From assembly GCA_963833095.1 (NCBI GenBank), contig CAWHWQ010000001.1:512001-576000 (forward strand): a stretch of DNA of 64,000 nt. Direction: 5' to 3'. A program made the translations under genes and the position numbers. Shown one piece after another: positions 17,972 to 27,930 of the stretch (position 1 is the first letter of the stretch; every line of letters begins with the position of its first letter). The notes beneath the pieces are model-generated. The model did no database searches and was not told where the DNA came from. It worked only from the letters and a program-made list of their open reading frames with translations. The DNA comes from Vulcanimicrobiota bacterium (lineage in GTDB: Bacteria > Vulcanimicrobiota > Vulcanimicrobiia > Vulcanimicrobiales > Vulcanimicrobiaceae).

Positions 17972-19281
17972 ATGGCGTTTACGGAGGGGTTCATCTCCGA
18001 GCTGGTTGGCCGCAGGGCGACGGTGAACGAGATTCCGATCGGCCGGGTCAGCGATTTTCTCGTCAATAAGCCCGACGACGTCTTTCCCCGCATCGATGGC
18101 TTGGTCATCAAGACCTCACAGGGCCTGCGCTTCGCCCCGATCGACACCGTAGCGACCATCGACCCCGACGGCAAGACCGTCGCTCTGACGATGACCCCCA
18201 AAGAGGCGGCGCCCCCCGAGGAGAGCGCGCTGTTTCTGATTGCCGACCTGCTCGACAAGCAAATCGTCGACGTCGACGGCCGCAAGGTCGTGCGCATCAA
18301 CGACCTCGAGATCGCGCGCGCCGGCGATGGGCTGCGGGTGGTCGCCGCCGACGTCGGCGTCGCCGGGCTGCTTCGTCGCCTCGGGCTCAAGTCGTTCGGG
18401 AAGCGCTTCGTTCCGGGAATCTATCGGTCGATTCCACGTTCGATGATCGCCTGGGATTCCGTTGCCCCGATCCGCGATGCCAATCCGACGCAAGTCAACC
18501 TGTCGGTCACCGAAAGCAAGCTCTCGCGTCTGCATCCCTCGGAATTGGCCGAGATCATCAGCGATCTCTCGGCGCGCGAGGCAGCCGCCGTCGTCAGTCA
18601 ACTCGACGATGAGACCGCCGCCGACGCATTCGAGCATCTCGAGCCCGAAAAGCAGCGATCGCTGATCGAGGACATCGGCACCGAGCGCGCCGCCGACATC
18701 ATCGAAGAGATGGACGCAGACGACGCGGCCGACCTCCTCTCCGAACTCGATGAAGAACAGCAACACGAGCTGCTCTCGGAGATGAACGAATACACCGCCA
18801 GTGAACTGCGCGCGTTGGTCAAATACGCCGAGGACAGCGCAGGCGGTTTGATGACCACCGACTACACCTGGATCTACCCGCATCGCACCGCCGAGGCGAC
18901 GATCCGCAAGATTCGCGAGATCGCGCCGACCTCAGAATTCATCTACTATTTGTACGTGGTCGATAAAGAGGACACGTTGCTCGGCGCGCTCTCGCTGCGC
19001 ACGCTACTGCTTGGCGGATCCCGCGGCAGTCGATCGATACGATCATGGAGACGGACCTCGTCGCGATTCATCCCGACATGTCGTCCGAGGAAGTTGCGGC
19101 AACGATCGCACGGTACGATCTCCTCGCCGTGCCGGTCGTCGATGACCGCGGCAAGATGCTCGGCATCGTCACCGTCGACGATGCGATCGACGCCATCATG
19201 CCCGAAGACATGGTGCGCAAACTCCCCAAGTTCACCGCTCGTCATCGTTCGCATCATCCGAGTGCTAGCGTCGCCGGATAG
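17972..19281 (+). CDS. MgtE intracellular-domain protein (PRC barrel + MgtE_N + CBS pair, no TM domain; frameshift near 19020)
   Basis: LLDKQIVDVDGRKVVRIND, LHPSELAEII, MDADDAADLL, YAEDSAGGLMT; CBS half RYDLLAVPVVD..GIVTVDDAID lies in ORF 19045..19281. Confidence 0.8.
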
Positions 19282-20575
19282 CCCCGCGGCGGCGCCCGAG
19301 GCGCCCCGGCGTCGTTCGCGTTGGCGCTCGCTGCTGCTGCTCTTCGCCGTGCTCGGACCCGGCTTTGTCACGGCGTCGGCGGGCAATGACGTCGGCGGTA
19401 TCGCCACCTATTCGTCAGCCGGTGCGCAGTTCGGCTACAACATTTTGTGGGTGATGATTCCGCTCGCGGTCGCGCTCATCGTCGTGCAAGAGATGTCGGC
19501 CCGCATGGGATGTGTCACCGGCAAGGGGCTAGCGGCGCTGATTCGCGAGGACTTCGGCGTTCGGATTTCGTTCTTTGCGATGATCGTGCTGTTCCTGATC
19601 AACACGCTTATCACGTCGACCGAGTTTGCCGGCATCGCCGCCGCAGCCGAGCATTTTCACGTCTCGCGCTACATCGCCGTTCCCGCCGCGCTGCTCGTCG
19701 TCTTCTTCTTCGTCCTGCGCTTCAACAACAAGATCGTCGAGCGAGTTTTCGTGACGTTCTCGCTGATTTATCTCACCTACATCGTCTCGGCCGTGCTGGC
19801 CAAACCCGACTGGCATCAGGTCGCTGCGGGCACGTTCGTCCCGCACTTCGAGTTCCATCAAGCCGGGCTGGCTCGCGATGGTCGTCACGCTCATCGGCAC
19901 GACGATCTCGCCCTACATGCAGTTCTTTCTCCAGTCGCAGGTCGTCGAGAAGGGCTCGCGCACCGAAGACTTGACGCTTCACGCGAATCGACGTGATCAA
20001 CGGCTCGGCCCTCGCGATCGCACTTGCCGGCTTCATGATCATCGCCAACGCGGCGACGATCTTCGTTGCGAACGAACACGGCGCCAGGCTCAATCCGCAA
20101 ACGGCGATGGACTTTGCGGTGGCGCTAAAACCGCTGGCCGGCGACGCGGCGGCGCTGATCTTCGCGCTCGGCATTCTGAATGCCGGGCTCTTCACCGCGA
20201 CGGTGTTGCCGCTCTCGACAAGCTACATCATTTGCGAGGCGTTGGGCTTCGAAGCCGCGATCGATCGGCGTTTCTCGGAGGCACCGGTCTTCTTCATCCT
20301 GTTCGCGCGCCGGGCTGCTGCTCGGCGCAGGGTTCGTGCTCATTCCGGGCCTGCCGCTGCTGCAGCTCATTCTCTTTGCGCAGGTGCTGCAAGGCATCTT
20401 ACTGCCCGCGGAACTCGTGTTGATGCTGATCATCATCAACCGCAAGTCGGTCATGGGTGAACATACCAACGGGCCGCTGGCCAACACGATTGCCTGGACG
20501 ACGGCAATTGTTATCGGATTGCTCTCGCTACTTTACGTGGTGGGGCAGTTTATTCCGCAGCTTCTCGGCGCATAA
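19262..20575 (+). CDS. NRAMP-related Mg2+ transporter (NRMT type; frameshifted)
   Basis: LGPGFVTASAGNDVGGIATYS..GAQFGY, QEMSARMGCVTGKGL, GTTISPYMQFF; M-box controlled. Confidence 0.82.
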
Positions 20576-22376
20576 CGCGCGGTTTGTTCAGCGTACGGCG
20601 CGCCGACTCTGCGTCAGCGAAGCACCAGCGGTTGCGGCCTTCTTTTTTCGCCCGATAGAGAGCGCGATCGGCGGCCTCCATCAACTCTTCGATCCGGGCA
20701 CCGTCGCTCGGGTAGAGCGCGATCCCGATGCTCAAACGCACTTTGTGCGGCATGCCGTCGATGACGACCGGCTCCTGCATCGCGACGTTGAGCTTTCGCG
20801 CAAGATCGGCTGCATCGCTTGGACCGTCGACGATCGGCTGTAAGATTACGAACTCGTCGCCGCCGAAACGTGAGATCGTATCGCTCTCACGCGTTGCCAG
20901 ACGCAGGCGGTGCGCGACTTCTTGCAGGGTCGCATCGCCGACCGCGTGGCCATGCTTGTCGTTGATGTTCTTGAAATGGTCGACGTCGAGGTACATCACC
21001 GCAAAGCCACGATCGTAGCGGCGCGCCGTCGCTATCGTTTGCTCGATGCGGTCGGTGAAAAGCACGCGGTTCGGCAAGCCGGTAAGCGCATCGTTAAAGG
21101 CCATCTGTTCTATGCGCTCGTTTTGCGCGGCACGCTCGAGCGCCGCCGAGACGAACAGCCCGATCAGCTGTATCATGTCGCGTTCGCTTGGATCGATGCT
21201 CTCACGTGGCGCGCGACCAGCGAAGACCAGCGCACCATAAAATTCATTGAAGACCGTTAGCGGCACGCCGAAATACGAGCGCCACGGCGTGGTCACCCGG
21301 ATCGGATCCTCACGGTGTTCAGGCGCGTCCATGTCCGAGACAAAACATGGTCCACCACGCTCCATGACGTGATGCGCGAACGAGGCGCGGGCGGGATAAA
21401 TCGTGCCTTTGGTGATGAGTGCCTCGCCCGAGGCGTTGCGCAGCAAAACGCGGTCGCGCCCCTGATATTGCGCGACGTAGCCGATATCCCAGCCGAAGAG
21501 CTCGACGCCCAAGCTCAGCGCCTCATCGATTTGATCTTCGAGCGATTCGTGTCCCGAAGCGGCCACCATCACCAGGCGTCGCAAACGCTCGCTCTGCGCC
21601 TCGATCGCGCGCTCAGCCGCGCGCTGCGCGGCGACATTTTTAAAGATGGCGTACGCACCGGTGATCGCGCCCGAGGCGTGGAGCGGCACGAGTTTGAGTT
21701 GGACGTCGAGACGATTGCCGAGCCGGTCGAGCAACAACGAGTCGGCTTCGACCGCCTCACCGCGCATCGCGCTGCGAAGGAGCTCGAGCGCCGGCTCGCG
21801 TCGCTCCGGCGCGATCAATTCGGTCCACGGTTTGCCGACGATCCGCTCGCCGAAGAAGCCGGTTTCACCTTCGAGTGCAACGTTGACGCGCGAGATCGCA
21901 CCGGTGCTCTTGAGCTCCATGATCCCGTCGGGGTGATATTCGAAAAGCGAACGAAATTTTTCTTGGTTGATCGTGAGTGACGATTCTGCCGAGCGCAGGG
22001 CAACGATGTCGCGTGCCTGGGCAAAGACGCCGACGATCTCACCATTGAAACGTGCCGGAAAGATGTAACATTCGACCGGGATCACCGTGCCGTCGCGATG
22101 CTTGGCGAAGGTGTCGAAGTGATCGGTGCCGCCGGCGAGCGCGGTCTTCATTGCCACGTCGACGCGCGTGAGATCGGAATCGTCGGAAACGTGGAGGCGA
22201 TACGGGGACCCGACGAACTCCTGCGGATTGTAGCCGGTTAGCGCTTGTGCCGCCTCGTTGGCGGCAATGGTATGCCCGGTCAGGTCATAAAGAACGACCG
22301 CATCGGGCGTATCCTGATACATCGAGGCGACGGCCTCGCGCAAAACCTTCGGATCCATCTCCAAGAATATCGACAT
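20550..22376 (-). CDS. Diguanylate cyclase (PAS-PAS-GAF-GGDEF)
   Basis: Two PAS domains, a GAF domain, DALTGLPNR, LDVDHFKNINDKHGH.VGD, RESD I-site and GGDEF. Confidence 0.92.
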   Translation of the reverse strand: MSIFLEMDPKVLREAVASMYQDTPDAVVLYDLTGHTIAANEAAQALTGYNPQEFVGSPYRLHVSDDSDLTRVDVAMKTALAGGTDHFDTFAKHRDGTVIPVECYIFPARFNGEIVGVFAQARDIVALRSAESSLTINQEKFRSLFEYHPDGIMELKSTGAISRVNVALEGETGFFGERIVGKPWTELIAPERREPALELLRSAMRGEAVEADSLLLDRLGNRLDVQLKLVPLHASGAITGAYAIFKNVAAQRAAERAIEAQSERLRRLVMVAASGHESLEDQIDEALSLGVELFGWDIGYVAQYQGRDRVLLRNASGEALITKGTIYPARASFAHHVMERGGPCFVSDMDAPEHREDPIRVTTPWRSYFGVPLTVFNEFYGALVFAGRAPRESIDPSERDMIQLIGLFVSAALERAAQNERIEQMAFNDALTGLPNRVLFTDRIEQTIATARRYDRGFAVMYLDVDHFKNINDKHGHAVGDATLQEVAHRLRLATRESDTISRFGGDEFVILQPIVDGPSDAADLARKLNVAMQEPVVIDGMPHKVRLSIGIALYPSDGARIEELMEAADRALYRAKKEGRNRWCFADAESARRTLNKPRVMRREAAE

Positions 22377-22396
22377 ATTCGCCGAAGGAACTGCGC

Positions 22397-23539
22397 ATGA
22401 CCCCCGACCGAATCGTGGAGTTTGCGGAAGAATTAACCCGCGTGGCCGCCGCAGGTGGGGGCGCGAAAGCGCTTGCCACCCACCTTTCGGACGTGACCGG
22501 AGCCGGGGTGCTGGTCGAGGACGCCGAGTGGCGCCACGTGGCGACCGCGGGCAAAGGCAGCCTCCCGGCCACGGCCCGCGGTCAAAAAAACGGCCGGGCC
22601 CACACCGTTCCGATCGCCGCTGGGACCAATCAGCTCGGCTTTTTATCGGTCTTTCCGGGGGCCGACGGGGTCGACGACGACCTGGCGCGCATCGTGCGGC
22701 TGGCCGCGGCCGCGATGGCCCTCGAACTCTCGCGAGAAGCAGACGGCGGCCGAAGCCGCCGTCGCACGTTTTGGGAGCGCCTGATCGGAGGCGCCTATCA
22801 CGAGCACAGCTCCGCGCGCGAAGATGCAAGTGCGCGGGGTATTGCGCTCGCCTCGCATTACGTCTGCGTCGCGCTTGAAGCCGAAGCCGGCGCGGACGAA
22901 GACCACGCGCCCGCGCTCGCGGAACTCCGCGTGCTCGCCGCCGACACGTTTCGCTCGGGCGAGGCCGACGTCGGCATCATCGAACGCGGGGTAACGTTGG
23001 TGGTGCTCATGCCGGCAGCACGCGAGGTCGATGCCGAGAACGCCAAGACCGCGGCGCTCCTGCTGCCCAAGAGCGCCGCGAAACGCAAACCGGGATTACG
23101 CATCGCGGGCGGCGTGGCGTCAAGTGTCACTGCGCTCGAGGCCAAGCGCGGTGTAGCCGGAGCCGAGGCGGCGCTTGCGATCGCGCGCCGCATCTACGGC
23201 ATCGGGCGCGTCGCCGCGTTCGATGAGCTCGGGGCGTATCCATTGCTCTACACCGGCGCCAGCGTCGAGCATCTGCAGCGTCTCTCGGAGAGCGTGCTCG
23301 CGCCGCTGCGCGCCTACGACGAGAAGCATCAAACCGAACTCGAGCGCACACTCGCGCTCTACTTTTCGACGGGACAAAACGTGAAAACGACCGCCTCCGC
23401 GCTCAACGTCCACCGTCATACGGTGTTCTATCGCCTGCGCCAGATCAACGATATCTCGGGCCGCTCGCTCGAGAGCGCGCACGACCAACTCACCCTTCGC
23501 TTAGCGATTGCGATCGATGCACTCCACAACCAGCACTAA
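22397..23539 (+). CDS. PucR/CdaR family transcriptional regulator
   Basis: C-terminal L.PL..YD....ELERTL..YF..GQNV..TA..LNVHRHTVFYRL HTH. Confidence 0.88.
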   Translation: MTPDRIVEFAEELTRVAAAGGGAKALATHLSDVTGAGVLVEDAEWRHVATAGKGSLPATARGQKNGRAHTVPIAAGTNQLGFLSVFPGADGVDDDLARIVRLAAAAMALELSREADGGRSRRRTFWERLIGGAYHEHSSAREDASARGIALASHYVCVALEAEAGADEDHAPALAELRVLAADTFRSGEADVGIIERGVTLVVLMPAAREVDAENAKTAALLLPKSAAKRKPGLRIAGGVASSVTALEAKRGVAGAEAALAIARRIYGIGRVAAFDELGAYPLLYTGASVEHLQRLSESVLAPLRAYDEKHQTELERTLALYFSTGQNVKTTASALNVHRHTVFYRLRQINDISGRSLESAHDQLTLRLAIAIDALHNQH

Positions 23540-24797
23540 ACGCGACGTCGTCAAACTCGCCAAAGAGCGCAACGTGCGCTTCGTGCGGCTCGTCTTTGCC
23601 GATATTTTCGGCGTCAGCAAGAACGTTTCGATTCCGGCGAGCGAGCTTGAAGCCGCGCTTGACGGCCGCGTGACCTTCGACGGCGGATCGATCGACGGGT
23701 TCGTGCGCGGCGAAGAGCTCGATATGGTGTTGCGCCCGGATCCAACCACGTTTGCAATCTACCCTTGGTCGAATCCCGACGGCGCCGAAGCGCGATTGCT
23801 CTGCGACATCGCGATGCCCGACGGCGCGCCGTTCGAAGGCGATCCGCGCACGACGCTTGCACGCGCGGTCGAAGGCGCCCGCGCCGTCCTACCGGGGTTG
23901 ACGATCGGCCTCGAGGTCGAGTTTTATCTCTTCGAAGGCGGCACCAACACCTCGGATGTGGGGAGCTACTTCGATTTTTCGGCCAACGATCGCGGTGAAG
24001 ATGCGCGCAGCGCCATCGTCGCCGCGCTGCAAAACATGGGTATTGCCGTCGCGTCGGCACATCACGAGATCGGCGCAGGGCAGCACGAGATCGACCTCGC
24101 CTTTGTCGATCCGCTCGCTGCGGCCGACAACGTGCTCACGCTGCGCACGATCGCCAAGCACGTCGCTACGGGATTCGGTCTCGACGCGACCTTTATGCCT
24201 AAGCCGCTCGAGGAACGCGCCGGGAGCGGCCTCCATGTCGAGCTGATGCTTGGTGACGGAGCCGATGAAGAGACGATGCTCTATGTCATCGGCGGCCTGC
24301 TCGAGCACGCGGCGGCGACGACGGCGATCTGCAATCCCACGGTCAATTCCTATAAGCGCTTGGTCGCGGCATGGGACGCGCCCATCTACACAGTCTGGTC
24401 GGAGCGCAGCGTCAACGCGCTCGTGCGGGTTCCGCCGGCAACCCGTCCGCGCCATATCGAGATGCGCAGCCCGGATCCCGCGTGCAATCCCTACCTCGCG
24501 CTCGCGGTCTTGCTCGGTGCCGCGACCGACGGCATCTTGCGCAGCGTGCTCCCGGGCAGCGCACTCGCCGGGTCGACCTACGATCTAGGCGAACGCGAAC
24601 GGCGCGAACGCGGGATCGGCACGCTCCCGAAATCGCTGCGCCAAGCGATCACCGAACTCGACAAAGATGCAGTCGTCCGCGCCGCGCTCGGCGATCATTT
24701 GTACCACGCATTCCGCGACGCAAAACTCGCTGAATATGAGAGCTACCGCCGCGCCGTCCACCCATGGGAACACAAAGCGTACCTCAAACTGTATTAG
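23517..24797 (+). CDS. Glutamine synthetase-like protein (divergent active site)
   Basis: FDGGSIDGFVR, LEVEFY, HHEIGAGQHEI, ATFMPKP, GSGLH, NSYKRL, IEMRSPDPACNPYL. Confidence 0.85.
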   Translation: MHSTTSTKRDVVKLAKERNVRFVRLVFADIFGVSKNVSIPASELEAALDGRVTFDGGSIDGFVRGEELDMVLRPDPTTFAIYPWSNPDGAEARLLCDIAMPDGAPFEGDPRTTLARAVEGARAVLPGLTIGLEVEFYLFEGGTNTSDVGSYFDFSANDRGEDARSAIVAALQNMGIAVASAHHEIGAGQHEIDLAFVDPLAAADNVLTLRTIAKHVATGFGLDATFMPKPLEERAGSGLHVELMLGDGADEETMLYVIGGLLEHAAATTAICNPTVNSYKRLVAAWDAPIYTVWSERSVNALVRVPPATRPRHIEMRSPDPACNPYLALAVLLGAATDGILRSVLPGSALAGSTYDLGERERRERGIGTLPKSLRQAITELDKDAVVRAALGDHLYHAFRDAKLAEYESYRRAVHPWEHKAYLKLY

Positions 24798-25052
24798 CCT
24801 TTGTCATCCTAAGCGTAGGCTCGAAGCGCCGTAAGTCGAGGGAGAATCAGCGACGTTGCTAAGCGAAGGCTCGAAGTTTTGCGCCATTCGCAGGAGGCGA
24901 ACTTCCTTTGGATGTGGCGCAAAACTCGCGCAGCAGGATCGGCGCAGGAAGCGCCGCGAGGAGCGTTTTCGCGAGCAACATCGCTGATTCGGTCCCTCGA
25001 CTACGCTTGCGAACGCTGCGCGTTCGCTGTGCTACGCTCGGGATGACAAAGG
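24798..25052. repeat. 255-bp nested palindromic REP/MITE-like element
   Basis: Terminal IR CCTTTGTCATCC(TA/CG)AGCGTAG (24798-24818 / 25032-25052, 19/21); inner IRs 24834-24860 / 24974-25002 and 24875-24886 / 24915-24926. Confidence 0.8.
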
Positions 25053-25053
25053 G

Positions 25054-25434
25054 TTATTTTCTTGCGATCGCGTCTATCTCGACGCGTGCGCCGCGGGGAA
25101 GGCCAGCGACGGCGACGGTCGAGCGGGCGGGTTTGCTCGCGTCGAAGTATTTTCCATAGACCGCATTGACCGCGGCGAAGTCATTCATGTCGATGAGAAA
25201 GATCGTCGTCTTGACGACATCGTCATAGTCGCAGTTCGCCGCTGTGAGGACGGCGCCGAGATTCTTCATCACTTGCTCGGCCTGCGCCGAGACGTCGCCA
25301 TCGATCAGATTGCCGGTGCTTGGATCGAGCGCGATCTGGCCCGAGCAATAGATTGTCTTGCCGCTACGCACGGCTTGACTGTACGGCCCGATCGGCGCGG
25401 GCGCGGCAGCGCTCGCAATGCTATCGTGCCCCAT
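25054..25434 (-). CDS. ridA: RidA/YjgF/UK114 family enamine deaminase
   Basis: APIGPYSQAV, SGQI, NLGAVL, VVKTTIFL.DMNDF, PARS, VEIDAIA. Confidence 0.92.
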   Translation of the reverse strand: MGHDSIASAAAPAPIGPYSQAVRSGKTIYCSGQIALDPSTGNLIDGDVSAQAEQVMKNLGAVLTAANCDYDDVVKTTIFLIDMNDFAAVNAVYGKYFDASKPARSTVAVAGLPRGARVEIDAIARK

Positions 25435-26462
25435 TAGGCGGAGACCGATTCGCGCGTCATCGTGCCTTTGAACTTCATCGGCTCTTCCTCGAGCCCGAAG
25501 TTGCCACGGTACAGCTCGTCGATCTTCGTCAGCTCCGCGGCGGTGAGCGCAGGCGACTCCGTCGCGGCGGCAAATTCGCGCAACTGGTCCACATCGTAGA
25601 TGTTCGGAAGCACCGTCATCACACGCGGTTCGTGCAGCAGCCACTGAATCGCCGCCTGCCCCAGCGTGCGGCCAGGCTGTTCGAGGAAGCGCAGTTGATC
25701 GACTTTTTTGATGCCGTTGATCAGCCACGAGCGCGGACGGTGGCGGCGGTGATCGTTCTCGGGAAAGACCGTTTCCTGCGTGTAGTGTCCTTCAAGCATT
25801 CCGCTGGCGTGCGGAACGCGAATCATGAATCCCGTATCGGCTCCGCTTTCGTCCGCGGCCTTGATCTGTGGCGTCCCGGGATACTGCTCGAGCATATTCC
25901 AGATGATCTGTAGCGAGGGAACGTTGTGCTTCTCGATGGCATCGACGCCTTCGTACAGAAAGCCGATCGCGGGGCCGAGCGCGACGCCGTACATGCGGAT
26001 CTTCCCTGCGGACTTGAGCTCTTCGAGCGTGGCCCACATTTCCTGGTTGTCGACGTGCTCCATCTTCGCGTTGTGCAGCTGATAGATATCGATATAGTCA
26101 GTCTGCAGCCGGCGCAGCGATGCGTCGAGCGCCTTACGAATGAAGTCCGGCGATACGTCCTGCGGCAACTCCATCTGTCCGCGCCGCTCGGCTTGCGTCG
26201 AGATGTCATAGCCGAACTTGGTTGCGATGACAACGTCGTCGCGCCGTCCGGAAAACGCCTTCGCCAACTGTTCTTCGCTGCGACCGTTGCCGTAGGTGTC
26301 GGCGGCATCGAAAAACGTGACGCCAAGATCGCGCGCTTCGTGCAGCATGCGCGCAGCCTCGTCGTCGGTCTTCTCGCCCCACCAGCCGGTCGAGGTAGTC
26401 CACAAGCCGAATCCGACCTCACTCACGGTGACGTCCGAGTTGGGGTAAGAACGATATTTCAT
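25434..26462 (-). CDS. Aldo/keto reductase
   Basis: VSEVGFGLW, FFDAADTYG.GRSE, IATKFG, SLRRLQTDYIDIYQLH, GKIR.YGV. Confidence 0.92.
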   Translation of the reverse strand: MKYRSYPNSDVTVSEVGFGLWTTSTGWWGEKTDDEAARMLHEARDLGVTFFDAADTYGNGRSEEQLAKAFSGRRDDVVIATKFGYDISTQAERRGQMELPQDVSPDFIRKALDASLRRLQTDYIDIYQLHNAKMEHVDNQEMWATLEELKSAGKIRMYGVALGPAIGFLYEGVDAIEKHNVPSLQIIWNMLEQYPGTPQIKAADESGADTGFMIRVPHASGMLEGHYTQETVFPENDHRRHRPRSWLINGIKKVDQLRFLEQPGRTLGQAAIQWLLHEPRVMTVLPNIYDVDQLREFAAATESPALTAAELTKIDELYRGNFGLEEEPMKFKGTMTRESVSA

Positions 26463-26505
26463 AGTAAGCGGGCTTCTCTGGGGCCCGGCGCCAACCCTCA
26501 CAATT

Positions 26506-27930
26506 GTGGTTGGAGAGCGCACTTTTGAGGAAGACTTTGCGCGGGTAGGGCGCTGGATCGAGGAGTATCTCAGCGAGCCCAGCCGCTACCCGGTGTTCCC
26601 GGCAAGTACGCCTGGTGAGGTCGCCGCAGCCCTGCCCGATCACGCTCCCGAAGAAGGTGAGCCGTTCGAGCAAATCATGGCGGATTTCGAGCGCATCATT
26701 GTCCCGGGAATCACGCATTGGAATCATCCCCGCTTTTTTGCGTACTTCGCGACCAGCGCGGCGCCGGCGGCGATCGCAGCCGAAGCACTTGCCGCGACCC
26801 TCGACGTGAAAGTCATGCTTTGGCGGACGTCGCCCTCCGCAGCGGAACTGGAATCGGTCGTCATGCGCTGGCTTGGCCGACTCATGGACGTACCCGAAAC
26901 GTGGACCGGGGTCATTTATGATACCGCCTCGGTCGCCGGGTTCACCGCACTTGCGGCGGCACGCGAATCGCTCGGCCTAAAGATTCGCGAAGACGGCATG
27001 AGCGGGCGCGGACTTCCGGCGTTACGCGTTTATGCAACGTCGCAGACGCACTCGCACATCGAAAAAGCTGCCATTGCACTTGGGATCGGGCAGCGCAACG
27101 TCGTCGCGGTGCCCTGTGACGACGCTTACCGGATGGACCCGGCGGCGCTACAGCGCGCGATCGATGAAGACCGCCGCGACGGCATGCAGCCGATGGCGAT
27201 TGTCGCGACCGTCGGCACGACCTCGACGACGTCGATCGATCCGGTACCGGCCATCGCAGAGATCGCGCGGCGCGAGCGCATCTGGCTTCACGTCGATGCC
27301 GCCTATGCGGGCGTCGCATCGATGCTTCCCGAATTTGCGCATTTGATGGACGGCGTCGAGCGCGCCGATTCACTCGTCGTCAACCCGCACAAGTGGCTTT
27401 TCATCCCGATGGACCTTTCCGTTTTGTTCCTGCGCGACGAGGCGACGGTTCGCCGCGCGTTCAGCTTGGTACCCGAATATCTCACGACCACGGACGGTAG
27501 CGTACGCAATTATATGGACTACGGCATTCAACTCGGGCGGCGCTTCCGCGCGCTCAAACTTTGGTTCGTGCTTCGCCACATGGGCGCAGCGCAGATTCGC
27601 GAGCGCCTGCGCGGCCACATTGCGCTCGCGCAGCGGTTCGCGCGGTGGGTCGACGAGGATCCGCACTGGGAGACGATGGCCCCGCATCCGCTCTCGCTGG
27701 TTTGTTTTCGCTATCACCCCGCCGGCGTCGACGACGAGGCCCAGCTCGAGCGCATCAACGCAGCGCTTCTCGAAGCCGTCAATGCAAGCGGCGAGATGTT
27801 CATCTCGCACACAAAATTACACGAACGCTACGTGCTGCGGCTAGCGATCGGCAACCTGCGTACGACGCGCAGCGACGTCGAGGCCGCCTGGGCAATACTA
27901 CAGCGAGAGGCACGAGGGTTGGCTGTATGA
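26506..27930 (+). CDS. Aromatic L-amino acid decarboxylase (group II PLP decarboxylase)
   Basis: PGITHWNHPRFFAYF, SPSAAELE, HSHIEKA, GTTSTTSID, HVDAAYAG, NPHKWL, LGRRFRALKLW. Confidence 0.9.
   Translation: MVGERTFEEDFARVGRWIEEYLSEPSRYPVFPASTPGEVAAALPDHAPEEGEPFEQIMADFERIIVPGITHWNHPRFFAYFATSAAPAAIAAEALAATLDVKVMLWRTSPSAAELESVVMRWLGRLMDVPETWTGVIYDTASVAGFTALAAARESLGLKIREDGMSGRGLPALRVYATSQTHSHIEKAAIALGIGQRNVVAVPCDDAYRMDPAALQRAIDEDRRDGMQPMAIVATVGTTSTTSIDPVPAIAEIARRERIWLHVDAAYAGVASMLPEFAHLMDGVERADSLVVNPHKWLFIPMDLSVLFLRDEATVRRAFSLVPEYLTTTDGSVRNYMDYGIQLGRRFRALKLWFVLRHMGAAQIRERLRGHIALAQRFARWVDEDPHWETMAPHPLSLVCFRYHPAGVDDEAQLERINAALLEAVNASGEMFISHTKLHERYVLRLAIGNLRTTRSDVEAAWAILQREARGLAV

Noticed and set aside
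17960..19996. 678-aa ORF suggesting an MgtE-NRAMP fusion
   Set aside because: The CBS domain continues in another frame (19045..19281) with its own stop; the apparent fusion arises from an indel near 19020.
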